Of a DNA stretch of 38,786 nucleotides, positions 7,561 through 16,864 are shown piece after piece. Source of the DNA: Alphaproteobacteria bacterium (GTDB taxonomy: Bacteria; Pseudomonadota; Alphaproteobacteria; SMXP01). Within the stretch, counting starts at the first letter, position 1; each line of letters starts with the position of its first letter. The notes below the pieces were generated by a model. The model was given only the letters and a program-made list of their open reading frames with translations, was not told the DNA's origin and searched no databases. Made by a program: the position numbers and the translations under genes. The stretch lies in the NCBI GenBank assembly GCA_028280675.1, contig JANQLI010000148.1, forward strand, positions 1-38,786, written 5' to 3'.

Positions 7561-9828
7561 ATGAACTCTCCTGATATGACAAAAGATTCGGCTAATAGAC
7601 GTGCGGCCTTTCGTATGGCACTTCTTTCGACGATCTTTGGTGTTTCGCTCACAGGGGTCGCTCATGCTGCTCTTGATGAGGTTGTTGTGACAGCGCAAAA
7701 ACGTGAAGCGAGTTTGCAGGATACACCAATTTCCATGGCTGCATTTAGCGGTGATGATCTTGACAAGCGCGGTGCAGCAAACATTTCTGATGTAGGCGAT
7801 TTTACGCCAAACATTCAGTTTGACTCATCCGTTGCTCTGAGCGGGAGTTCTAATTCAGCGTCGATTTATATTCGTGGCATCGGTCAGCCGGACTTTATTG
7901 CCTCCGCTGATCCTGGTGTTGGCGTTTATCTGGATGGTGTTTATATCTCAAGCTCGATGGGCGGTGTGTTGGATCTCCTTGATGTCGAGCGAGTTGAGGT
8001 GCTGCGTGGTCCGCAAGGGACTCTGTTTGGGCGGAATACAATCGGCGGTGCGATTAGTGTTGTTACTAAAAAGCCGGACAATGAGTTTTCAGGTTCTGCT
8101 GAACTAACCCTTGGCGAATTTGAGCGTATCAATGCTAAAGCATCTATAAATGTTCCAATTGTTGAAGATGTGCTTGCTGCTCGTATTGGGGTGTCAACTA
8201 AGAATAGTGATGGCTATGCTGATCGTATTCTAACAGGTGAAACCATGGGTGGGGAAGATACCGACGCTCTCCGTGGCATGCTGCGTTTTACGCCGAATGA
8301 AGATTGGGACATTAACTTTGCTTTTGACTATACCAAGTCAAAGGATGACAGCCCGCAATCATCTTTGGTTGGTGTGTCGGCTGTCCCTGGACCTCCTCCT
8401 CCAGCGGGGACATGGGCTGGTGCTTATAATGCAATCTATGGCATTGCCAATATGGCAGTTTATGATGAGAGCTTCGTCCTTGGAGATAATGAAAAGTCTA
8501 TGGCGACGGGTCCTACGGGAGTTGATATGGACCTCTGGGGTGCGTCACTCAATATGGAATGGGATCTTGGTTTTGCGACCGTGAGATCCATAACCGCATA
8601 CCGTACGTGGGAAGCAGAGTTTGGTCGTGATCCTGACCACTCGCCCATTGTTATTATTCAGCAAGCCTATGAGCACGAGCAAGATCAATTCAGCCAAGAG
8701 TTTAATATCTTCGGCAGTGCCTTTGATGATCGTCTCGATTGGCTGCTCGGTGCTTATTACTTCGATGAGCATGCCGAGGAGTTTACAGATGTTCCTGTAG
8801 TGCCTGATCTCTTTACATGTTGTGGTTTGCCAATTTCTGGCGGTGGTACCCAAGTCATGGATAATGAGAATTATGCATTCTTTGGACAAGGGACCTATCA
8901 AATTACGGATCAGCTCGGTGTGACGCTTGGTCTTCGTTATTCTCATGAAGAAAAGAATATGATAAACGGCTCGCGTAAACCGCAGTTGCCGGGTATGCCA
9001 TACTTGCTTACTAATCGGAATGCATCGGCAACATTTAATAGCTTAACGCCTCGTATTAGCGTGGAGTATAAGCCACTTGATAATATGTTGCTCTATGCTT
9101 CATATTCCGAAGGTTATAAGGGCGGAGGCTTCGTCGCGCGCTATCTTTTCCCACGCGCAGAGCCACTTGCATTTGATTCAGAAGAAGCGCAAACTTATGA
9201 AGTCGGCTTTAAAGGGGACTTCTTTGATGATCGTTTGCGCTTGAACGGTGCTGCTTTCTTCTCGGAATATGAAAATATTCAAATCTCAGTATTCAACTTT
9301 GGTGTTCCAGAAATTCGGAATGCTGCGGAAGGTGAAATTAAGGGATTAGAATTAGAAGCGACCGCTGTGCCCACAGACAATCTTACTCTAAATGCAGGTT
9401 TTGGCTATATTGACGCTGAATACACGAAGATTGATCCTGGTGATTTGGTTGGTGTTCTGGTGCCATTTGATACGAGTGCAGCATTTCAAAATACACCTGA
9501 ATATTCCTGGAATGTGGGTATTGAGTATCTTCTGCCTTTCGCCAATCTTGGAGATTTGAGACTTCGGACAGATTATTCCTATAAAACGGAAATTGCGAAT
9601 GATGCTGTGAATACTCCGCAATTGATCCAAGATGATTTTGGTCTTTTGAGTGCGAGCGCGAATTTGGAACTCGCTGATAGCCCTTGGCAATTTACCGTCT
9701 TTGGCCGCAATCTCACTGATGAGGATTATATCATCTCTGGTACCAGTGATATTGCATCGATTGGTATCATCGAAGCAGTTTGGGGCCGTCCACGTGAATG
9801 GGGTGTCACAGCGAAAGTAAACTTCTAG
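7561..9828 (+). CDS. TonB-dependent outer-membrane receptor
   Basis: Signal peptide ending VAHA, TonB box EVVVTA, plug motif VERVEVLRGPQGTLFGRNTIGGAI, C-terminal Phe (AKVNF). Confidence 0.95.
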   Translation: MNSPDMTKDSANRRAAFRMALLSTIFGVSLTGVAHAALDEVVVTAQKREASLQDTPISMAAFSGDDLDKRGAANISDVGDFTPNIQFDSSVALSGSSNSASIYIRGIGQPDFIASADPGVGVYLDGVYISSSMGGVLDLLDVERVEVLRGPQGTLFGRNTIGGAISVVTKKPDNEFSGSAELTLGEFERINAKASINVPIVEDVLAARIGVSTKNSDGYADRILTGETMGGEDTDALRGMLRFTPNEDWDINFAFDYTKSKDDSPQSSLVGVSAVPGPPPPAGTWAGAYNAIYGIANMAVYDESFVLGDNEKSMATGPTGVDMDLWGASLNMEWDLGFATVRSITAYRTWEAEFGRDPDHSPIVIIQQAYEHEQDQFSQEFNIFGSAFDDRLDWLLGAYYFDEHAEEFTDVPVVPDLFTCCGLPISGGGTQVMDNENYAFFGQGTYQITDQLGVTLGLRYSHEEKNMINGSRKPQLPGMPYLLTNRNASATFNSLTPRISVEYKPLDNMLLYASYSEGYKGGGFVARYLFPRAEPLAFDSEEAQTYEVGFKGDFFDDRLRLNGAAFFSEYENIQISVFNFGVPEIRNAAEGEIKGLELEATAVPTDNLTLNAGFGYIDAEYTKIDPGDLVGVLVPFDTSAAFQNTPEYSWNVGIEYLLPFANLGDLRLRTDYSYKTEIANDAVNTPQLIQDDFGLLSASANLELADSPWQFTVFGRNLTDEDYIISGTSDIASIGIIEAVWGRPREWGVTAKVNF

Positions 9829-9855
9829 GTTCTATTCCCTTGTGAAGTACTTGAG

Positions 9856-9890
9856 ACGCCAGATCGGGCAACTGATCTGGCGTTTTTTTT
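9856..9890 (+). terminator. Rho-independent terminator
   Basis: Stem ACGCCAGATCGG / CTGATCTGGCGT with a GCAA loop, followed by a T tract, 27 bp after the receptor stop. Confidence 0.9.
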
Positions 9891-9945
9891 AATTCCCTAT
9901 TTGGCTTTTTTGGAGCGTTGCTTGTCACGATGACGTGAAAAAGAC

Positions 9946-9975
9946 TAGCAATGATAAACAAATACTAGTATGCTA
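9946..9975 (+). promoter_or_regulatory. nahD promoter candidate with operator-like copy 4 (ACAAATACTAGTATGCTA, 9958-9975)
   Basis: TAGCAA(9946-9951), 17 bp, TATGCT(9969-9974). Perfect core ATACTAGTAT at 9962-9971. Confidence 0.6.
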
Positions 9976-10074
9976 CACTCAATTTAGCCATGAGAATGCA
10001 AAAAAAATTGAGCTAATTAAAGCGTCGGTGTCGCTTTCTAGCGCTATCTAAATAAGAAATTTACAGGTTCTTGA

Positions 10075-10668
10075 ATGAGCAAAGTGATTGACTTCTATTA
10101 TGACTTCTACAGTCCTTATGCCTATTTAGGGCATTACGGATTAATGGAACTGAAGAAGTCAAACAAATTTCAAATTCATTATCATCCAGTCGACTTGAAT
10201 CTGCTGAAAAAAGCAGCAGGAAATACAGGTCCACCAAACCGAGACATCCCGCCCAAAATTAAATATCTCATGACAGACTTAAACCGTTGGGCACAACGAT
10301 ACGATATCGCTTTTGGCATGCCTGGGAGTTTTCTTTCTGAGCGTATGAATAAGGGAACATTCTACGCAATGAAGAAGGGCGATGCAGATGCGTATGTTTT
10401 AGAATCCTATAAGATGACATGGGGGGAAAGCGGCGACCCTAATGATGATGACCTTCTTCGGAAGTTGGCCAAGGCTATGGATTGGGATCAAGACGAATTT
10501 ATGTCTTTTTTAAGTTCAGAGGAGGCCTCTCATACCTACGAAAACGAAAACCAGTCCGCTATTGCAGCAGGAGTATTCGGTGTTCCCACTATGGTGATTG
10601 ATGATGACATGTGGTGGGGCAATGATCGACTCGTTTTCGTAGAGGAATATCTGTCAGCGCATACATGA
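10075..10668 (+). CDS. nahD: 2-hydroxychromene-2-carboxylate isomerase (kappa-GST/DsbA-like)
   Basis: DFYYDFYSPYAYL, GNTGPPNRDIPPKIKYL..DLNRWAQRY, GVFGVPT..MWWGNDRL. Confidence 0.88.
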   Translation: MSKVIDFYYDFYSPYAYLGHYGLMELKKSNKFQIHYHPVDLNLLKKAAGNTGPPNRDIPPKIKYLMTDLNRWAQRYDIAFGMPGSFLSERMNKGTFYAMKKGDADAYVLESYKMTWGESGDPNDDDLLRKLAKAMDWDQDEFMSFLSSEEASHTYENENQSAIAAGVFGVPTMVIDDDMWWGNDRLVFVEEYLSAHT

Positions 10669-10751
10669 ACACCCATCCGTCATTATGGACGGATATCTCA
10701 TCAATAAACTCACGCTTAGAGAGTTATTTTGACACAATATAAGGAACAAGA

Positions 10752-11096
10752 ATGATGAAGAGAATGACACCTTTTGCTTTTGCACTCGCTAGCATGGTGC
10801 TTGTTACTTTAAATACGGCATCCGCAGATATCAGTATTCTTTACGGAAACTCCATTGCGATGAAAAATGCTGAAACTGAATTTTCCGCGTACTTTAACAA
10901 AGATGGTAGTTATTCAAGCTCGAAAGGTGATACAGGCAGTTGGACGCTAGAAGGTGATCAATTATGTGTATTGTTAGATGGCGCAGATGCAAGCAGATGC
11001 GGCCCTGCTCCTTTGGATAAGGCAATCGGTGATAGTTGGTCTATGACGGATCAGAATGGCGAGTCAATTACAGCTACGCTTGTCAGCGGTCGTTAG
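10752..11096 (+). CDS. Small secreted hypothetical protein
   Basis: AAGGAA RBS, signal peptide ending ASA, predicted beta-rich mature part with a Cys pair. No family recognised. Confidence 0.7.
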   Translation: MMKRMTPFAFALASMVLVTLNTASADISILYGNSIAMKNAETEFSAYFNKDGSYSSSKGDTGSWTLEGDQLCVLLDGADASRCGPAPLDKAIGDSWSMTDQNGESITATLVSGR

Positions 11097-11117
11097 TTTA
11101 ACAAGCGATTTCCCCCA

Positions 11118-11158
11118 AACTGCCCGGTTTTCCCTCTTGAGGGGGCCGGGTGGTTTTT
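11118..11158 (+). terminator. Terminator-like hairpin
   Basis: AACTGCCCGGT..TCCCTC / GAGGGG GCCGGGTGGTT stem (with G-U pairs and a bulge) followed by Ts. Confidence 0.55.
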
Positions 11159-11176
11159 CAATATATGAGATAATCT

Positions 11177-12016
11177 GTGCCAGTTATAGAGAGCAGTAAT
11201 ACTTCAATCATTCCGTCCAAAGGCGTACACCTTTATCACACGGATATTTCAAACTGTTGTGACCGTGTCCGTATTGCTTTGGAAGAGAAAGGCATTGAAT
11301 GGGAAAGTCACTTCTATGTGCTTCCCCGTGGCGATCATCTAACCGAAGAGTTTTTTGCGTTGAATCCCAAAGGTGTGGTTCCAGTGCTTGTGCATGACGG
11401 GGTTGTTATAACGGAATCGAATGACATTATCTCATATCTCGATGATCACTTTCCTCAGCCGCCTTTGCAACCGGACGACCCGGATAAGAAGAAACGCATG
11501 CATGATTGGATGCAGTCAGCGGCTGATTATCATGTCTATATTGCTGCACTTTCATTTGAGTTTTTATTTAAAGCAACACCTTACGAACCTACTTTTTTTC
11601 AGAGGCGAGCGAAGTTTCGTGCAAATGTACCAGATCCCATGAAGGTCATTTTTGACCCACGCAATCATGCGGTTAAACCAGACGCGGTTAAAGAAGGCAT
11701 TCGTGAAGCCAATCGAATTTTTGCCGACATGAATGCAACATTAGACCGCAGTGGGCCGTGGCTTCTGGGAGAGCAAATTACACTGGCTGATATCAGCTGG
11801 GCTGTGCAAATTCATCGACTCAAAACATTGAATATGCGGGATATCGAGAATTATCCCCATGTTGCATCTTGGTACGCGAGACTTGAAGAACGTGAATCTG
11901 TGAAAAAGGGTATGCTTCAATGGGAAACGAAGGAGCCCTATGCGTTATTCAATCAATATGTTGAGCAGCGTGTCGAAGAGGGAACGGATGTCAATGCGTC
12001 TTGCTGGCGTGAGTAA
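11177..12016 (+). CDS. Glutathione S-transferase family protein
   Basis: LYH..SNCCDRVRIALEEKG, LNPKGVVPVLVHDG..ITESNDI, WLLGEQITLADI. GTG start. Confidence 0.85.
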   Translation: MPVIESSNTSIIPSKGVHLYHTDISNCCDRVRIALEEKGIEWESHFYVLPRGDHLTEEFFALNPKGVVPVLVHDGVVITESNDIISYLDDHFPQPPLQPDDPDKKKRMHDWMQSAADYHVYIAALSFEFLFKATPYEPTFFQRRAKFRANVPDPMKVIFDPRNHAVKPDAVKEGIREANRIFADMNATLDRSGPWLLGEQITLADISWAVQIHRLKTLNMRDIENYPHVASWYARLEERESVKKGMLQWETKEPYALFNQYVEQRVEEGTDVNASCWRE

Positions 12017-12114
12017 CCGTAGCGAGTTAGATGCTTATGTAATCGCCAGTGATGCATAAGCTATACTCAAGAAATGCATACAGCTCAAAAATAAGAAAAT
12101 AGGGGGCATCTATT

Positions 12115-13437
12115 TTGGATAAAGTAGAGCAGTCCGCATTGGACTTTCGCGAGAAAGAAATGTCTCGGTATCAAATGTTTACCGTCGGACTCTGTTTGAT
12201 TATCAACATGTTGGACGGATTCGATGTCCTGGCCATTGCTTTTACCGCGCCCTCGATAGCGGTTGCTTGGGATTTGCATCCAACAGAACTAGGTATTTTG
12301 TTTAGTGCAGGACCATTGGGCATGACGGTAGGCTCTTTGGTTATAGGACCGCTCGCAGATTATTATGGAAGACGTCCATTAATCCTTGCTTGCTTAGTTA
12401 CAATTAGCATTGGCATGTTGCTATCGGCCTTGACAACGACAACGCTGCAACTTTCTATTTTACGTGTTCTAACGGGCCTTGGTATTGGCGGCATGCTCGC
12501 AAGTCTGAACACACTCGTTTCGGAGTATTCGTCGTATAAGCGACAAGCTTTTTGTATTTCGATATTTCAATCCGGGTATCCCATAGGAGCAAGCGTGGGT
12601 GGTGTCATCGCGACTTATCTTATCGCTATGTACGATTGGCGTGCCGTGTTTATATTTGGTGGAGTGTTGTCGACTCTTATGATTGTCGTTGCATGGTTCT
12701 ATTTATTTGAGTCCATTGATTATTTGCGTGCGAAGAATACGAATAAGGCACTTGCTCAACTCCAAAGTATATTGCGACGAATGGGTAGTGCGACAAACAA
12801 TATCCCACCTAAGTCATTAATGGGAAAAACAGAAATCACCTTCAATTACCGGGCTCTCTTTGAGAAAGAGTATTTTTCTTCAACGGCGAGAATATGGTTG
12901 AGTTATTTTGGTGCCATGTTCGCCTTCTATTTTATTATAAACTGGACCCCTAAGATTATCGTAGATATGGGACTGAGCGTAGATCAAGGGATTACAAGCG
13001 GCGTCATTATGAATGTAGGTGGAATGATTGGCGGCTTGTTTCTTGGTTATATTGCGGTGAGATGGGACATTCGTGTCATTGTTGCGGCCTATTTTGTTGC
13101 AAGCTTTTTTGTTATGAGCCTTTTTGGATTCCTTGGACCTCACTATGTCACTTTATTGATCGTCGCATTCTTTATAGGGATTTTTCTATTTGGAGGAATT
13201 GTGGGCCTATATGCTGTTATTCCTCAAATCTATCACGCTGATGTCCGTGCTTTTGGTACGGGGTGGGGTATCGGTATGGGACGGCTTGGTGGAATTGTAG
13301 GCCCGTTTGTAGCTGGACTGATTATCTCAAGTGGCATAGATCGCCACTATTACTTTCTTATCTTAGCAATTCCCGTGCTACTGGTTGCTTTGGCGATTTA
13401 TAATATCGAACTCATCCGGAATAGAGGAACACTCTAG
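12115..13437 (+). CDS. MFS aromatic acid:H+ symporter (BenK/PcaK/MhpT-like)
   Basis: TM1 DGFD motif, GPLADYYGRR loop motif, many hydrophobic segments. TTG start. Confidence 0.88.
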   Translation: MDKVEQSALDFREKEMSRYQMFTVGLCLIINMLDGFDVLAIAFTAPSIAVAWDLHPTELGILFSAGPLGMTVGSLVIGPLADYYGRRPLILACLVTISIGMLLSALTTTTLQLSILRVLTGLGIGGMLASLNTLVSEYSSYKRQAFCISIFQSGYPIGASVGGVIATYLIAMYDWRAVFIFGGVLSTLMIVVAWFYLFESIDYLRAKNTNKALAQLQSILRRMGSATNNIPPKSLMGKTEITFNYRALFEKEYFSSTARIWLSYFGAMFAFYFIINWTPKIIVDMGLSVDQGITSGVIMNVGGMIGGLFLGYIAVRWDIRVIVAAYFVASFFVMSLFGFLGPHYVTLLIVAFFIGIFLFGGIVGLYAVIPQIYHADVRAFGTGWGIGMGRLGGIVGPFVAGLIISSGIDRHYYFLILAIPVLLVALAIYNIELIRNRGTL

Positions 13438-13498
13438 TTTCTGGGACATATGTCGGGGCTGGGGCAAACTTTGATTCATTTGTTTGTCGCTAATTATC

Positions 13499-13532
13499 TT
13501 GAATCCAGATTAAGTAACATGCTAGTATATGA
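13499..13532 (+). promoter_or_regulatory. Promoter candidate of the ALDH-dioxygenase operon with operator-like copy 5 (TAACATGCTAGTATATGA, 13515-13532)
   Basis: TTGAAT(13499-13504), 18 bp, TAGTAT(13523-13528), preceded by TGn. Confidence 0.58.
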
Positions 13533-13629
13533 ATTGTGTGGTGCGCATTTGTTTTGCGCATATATGGCTCTGTATTGGACAAACACATAAGAGCAGTATT
13601 CGGAATGCATAAGAGCAAGGACACGTTAA

Positions 13630-15105
13630 ATGACACAGTCTTCAAAATTATTTGCGCCAGCGATTTGGTCAGGAAAAATCTTTGACGGCGATTGGAAAGA
13701 TGCTCGAGGTGCCATCCAGGAGGTTCTTGATAAAGCTAGCGGAGACAAAATCGCAGAATCCGCATTTGCAACGAAGGATGACGTATCCGATGTGGCGCGA
13801 GTTGCTGTTGAAGCACAAAAAGAATGGTGCAATTTACCTGGCCCACAGCGGGGTGATATCTTACGTAAATTTTCAGAGCTTTGTCGCGTGCACGATGGAG
13901 AAATCTCTGATTGGTTGGTTCGCGAAACGGGCTCCGTTCGTGCAAAAGCGGATTGGGAAGTTCACACGACTGCACGCGAAGTTTTAGAAGCATCCACAAT
14001 GCCCAGCTTTCCGCAAGGCCAGTTGCTCGCAACAGAAGTACCAGGACGTCAGAGCATTGCCCGGCGTCTTCCTGTTGGGGTGGTGGGCATCATTACGCCT
14101 TGGAACTCACCCTTTCTTTTAGCTGCACGTGCATTTGGTCCGGCATTAGCGATGGGAAATGCGGTTGTTATCAAACCTGATCCACAAACGCCTATCATTG
14201 GTGGGGTGCTTCCAGCTTTATTGTTGGAAGAAGCAGGCCTGCCAAAAGGCTTGTTTCAAGTGGTTCCAGGGGGAGCCGAGACTGGCGAAGCGATCATATC
14301 TGACCCTGCTATTGATATGATTTCTTTCACCGGCTCAACGGCAACGGGACGCATCGTTGGCGAGCAAGCGGGTCATCATATCAAGCGAGTGTCTTTAGAG
14401 TTAGGTGGAAACAACGCCTATATCGTTCTCGATGATGCGGATCTCGAAGCGGCAACATCCGCAGGCTCATTTGGATCCTTCTTTCATCAAGGACAAATTT
14501 GTTTAACGGCTGGTCGTCACTTGGTGCATGAGGTCATTGCTGAGGAGTATATCCAAAGGTTAGCGGAGCGAACGCAAAGGCTGAAAATCGGTGATCCCTT
14601 TTTAGATAATGAGGTGTTGATAGGGCCAATAATTAATCAAAAACAGGCGGATCGCGTGGAAGGTATTGTCCAAAGAAGTATAGACATGGGCGCAACGCTG
14701 AATGCTGGCGGTATGCGGGATGGGCTCTATTATCCACCGACTGTATTGAGTGATGTCACTGTGGACATGCCTGTCTTTACGGATGAAATCTTTGGACCAG
14801 TTGCGCCGGTGATAACATTCAAAACGGATGAAGAGGCGGTGCAACTAGCCAATCAAACACATTACGGTCTGTCAGCAGCGATCCAGTCACCTGATATCGG
14901 CCGCGCGATGGCGATTGCAGATCAACTTCATTCCGGGATTATACATATCAATGAGCAGACGGTTCTGCATGAGGTCTATGGGCCAATCGGTGGGGTTGGC
15001 GCTTCCGGCAATGGGTTTAATTACGGCACTGTAAGTAACGCAGATAAATTCACTGAATTACAATGGATCACCTCTCGAGCCGAGGCGCAACCATACCCAT
15101 TCTAA
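13630..15105 (+). CDS. xylC: Aromatic aldehyde dehydrogenase (benzaldehyde dehydrogenase XylC-like)
   Basis: ITPWNSP, FTGST, LELGGNN, FFHQGQIC (catalytic Cys), EIFGPV. Confidence 0.78.
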   Translation: MTQSSKLFAPAIWSGKIFDGDWKDARGAIQEVLDKASGDKIAESAFATKDDVSDVARVAVEAQKEWCNLPGPQRGDILRKFSELCRVHDGEISDWLVRETGSVRAKADWEVHTTAREVLEASTMPSFPQGQLLATEVPGRQSIARRLPVGVVGIITPWNSPFLLAARAFGPALAMGNAVVIKPDPQTPIIGGVLPALLLEEAGLPKGLFQVVPGGAETGEAIISDPAIDMISFTGSTATGRIVGEQAGHHIKRVSLELGGNNAYIVLDDADLEAATSAGSFGSFFHQGQICLTAGRHLVHEVIAEEYIQRLAERTQRLKIGDPFLDNEVLIGPIINQKQADRVEGIVQRSIDMGATLNAGGMRDGLYYPPTVLSDVTVDMPVFTDEIFGPVAPVITFKTDEEAVQLANQTHYGLSAAIQSPDIGRAMAIADQLHSGIIHINEQTVLHEVYGPIGGVGASGNGFNYGTVSNADKFTELQWITSRAEAQPYPF

Positions 15106-15147
15106 AAACGCGATACCAGTCATTGTTGCGGTGTGCTGAGAGAGACG

Positions 15148-15471
15148 ATGCGTATAAAACTTTGTGAAGTCATTCACTTATCTGAGGGTGAGGTACAATG
15201 TGTAGAGGCTTCCGGCTTAGAGCCTCTTGCAGTTTATCGTTACAGTGGTGAAATCTATATCACGAGTGATCGCTGCACCCATAGTACCGCATCTCTGTCA
15301 GAAGGATACTTTGAAGGAGGCGTTATTGAATGCCCTCTTCACAGAGGACAATTTGATGTGCGCACCGGTGAGGTGATTAAGTTTCCCTGCAAGATACCCT
15401 TGAAAACCTATGAGCCAATTATAGAAGATGGGTGGATTTGTATTGATCTACCTTTGGCCACTGATGACTAA
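15148..15471 (+). CDS. Rieske-type ferredoxin of a ring-hydroxylating dioxygenase
   Basis: CTH-x16-CPLH Rieske motif. ATG at 15148 after GAGAGAG is preferred over GTG at 15133. Confidence 0.9.
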   Translation: MRIKLCEVIHLSEGEVQCVEASGLEPLAVYRYSGEIYITSDRCTHSTASLSEGYFEGGVIECPLHRGQFDVRTGEVIKFPCKIPLKTYEPIIEDGWICIDLPLATDD

Positions 15472-15514
15472 CTGATCTCCACCTATGTGGCATAGGAAAA
15501 CTAGGACAGATCTT

Positions 15515-16864
15515 ATGTATAGCGAAGAATTGATAGACGTAGAAAACGGCATCCAAAGTAAAAAGATATTTTGGGAAGAGGGTATCTATCATCATGAATT
15601 AGAAACCGTTTTTTATCGTTGCTGGTTGTTCTTAACGCATGAGAGTCTTGTTCCGGAAGCAGGAGATTTCATAGTAGCCAAAATGGTTGATGACGAAGTC
15701 ATTGTTTCCCGACAAAAAGACGGATCCATTCAAGGTTTCTATAATTATTGCACCCACCGCGGTAATCAGCTTTGCCCTTATGAAGCAGGAAACGCGCGTG
15801 GATTCCAATGTAATTACCATGGGTGGGCATTTGGTTTAGATGGATCGTTGCAGTCTGTTCCCTTTAAAGAGCAGGCTTATCGTAAACACTTTGACCAGAG
15901 TAAGTGGGGATTGAAGAAGGTTGCAAAGATTGAAAGCTATAACGGTTTTATTTTTGCATGTGCAGATGGTGATGCGCCGTCACTACGTGAGTATCTTGGT
16001 GAGATGGCCTGGTATCTTGATGCCTGGACGAATGTACCTGGGGGCATAGAGTTTCTTGGTCCCCCAGCGCGTTCCATTATGCGAGCAAACTGGAAGGCGC
16101 CTGCTGAGAATTTTGTTGGTGATGCGTATCACCTTGGATGGACTCATGCCTCTGCGCTTTCCGTGATTGGCGGACCAGTTGGGGGCTTGGTGGGGAATGA
16201 CGAACCGCCTCCAGAAGGTATTGGACTTCAGGTTACCACGAAACATGGGCATGGTTTTGGGTGTCTTTGGGATTTGGGACCGACTTTAATGAGTGATACG
16301 GTTCCTGAAATTTGGCAATGGAAACAAGATCATACGCCTGAAATCGAAGAGCGTTTAGATGCGTGGCGTGCTCGTACATATTCTGGGCAATGGAATTGTA
16401 CTCTTTTTCCAAATTGTTCGTTTCTTTACGGAACCAATGCTTTCAAACTCTGGAATCCAATAGGGCCGAATGAAATCGAAGTGTTTACGTGGGCCTTCGC
16501 GGAAAAACGTATGCCTGAAGATATGAAGAAGCGTATCCATTCGTCAGTGCATAGAACTTTCGGCCCGGCGGGAACATTTGAATCAGATGATGGCGATAAT
16601 TTAGAATATTGCACGCAAGTGAATCGCGGTCAGGTGACAAGAACAGGTGTGATGAATGCACAAATGGGTCTGGGTGAAGAGCGCGATGATCCAAATTTGC
16701 CAGGTTTAGTTGGGGACTACATTAGTGAGATTTCGCATCGCGGGATGTATCGCTTCTATGCAGAACTCTTAGATGGTGCAACATGGGATGACATCAATAT
16801 AAGTGGTGATCTTTGGAAGGAGTCACTTATGAAGGCCACTCGCCAAGATCAGGAGAGTGTCTGA
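15515..16864 (+). CDS. PAH ring-hydroxylating dioxygenase alpha subunit (NahAc/PhnAc/BphA1f-like)
   Basis: Rieske CTHRG..CNYHGW, iron site ENFVGDAYHLGWTH, SVHRTFGPAGTFESDD. ATG at 15515 has AGGA 8 nt upstream; 15485 is the alternative start. Confidence 0.92.
   Translation: MYSEELIDVENGIQSKKIFWEEGIYHHELETVFYRCWLFLTHESLVPEAGDFIVAKMVDDEVIVSRQKDGSIQGFYNYCTHRGNQLCPYEAGNARGFQCNYHGWAFGLDGSLQSVPFKEQAYRKHFDQSKWGLKKVAKIESYNGFIFACADGDAPSLREYLGEMAWYLDAWTNVPGGIEFLGPPARSIMRANWKAPAENFVGDAYHLGWTHASALSVIGGPVGGLVGNDEPPPEGIGLQVTTKHGHGFGCLWDLGPTLMSDTVPEIWQWKQDHTPEIEERLDAWRARTYSGQWNCTLFPNCSFLYGTNAFKLWNPIGPNEIEVFTWAFAEKRMPEDMKKRIHSSVHRTFGPAGTFESDDGDNLEYCTQVNRGQVTRTGVMNAQMGLGEERDDPNLPGLVGDYISEISHRGMYRFYAELLDGATWDDINISGDLWKESLMKATRQDQESV

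Noticed and set aside
7516-10012. TGCAAAAAAA(A)TT seen upstream of both the TonB receptor and nahD
   Set aside because: Low complexity and only two copies, so chance is likely.
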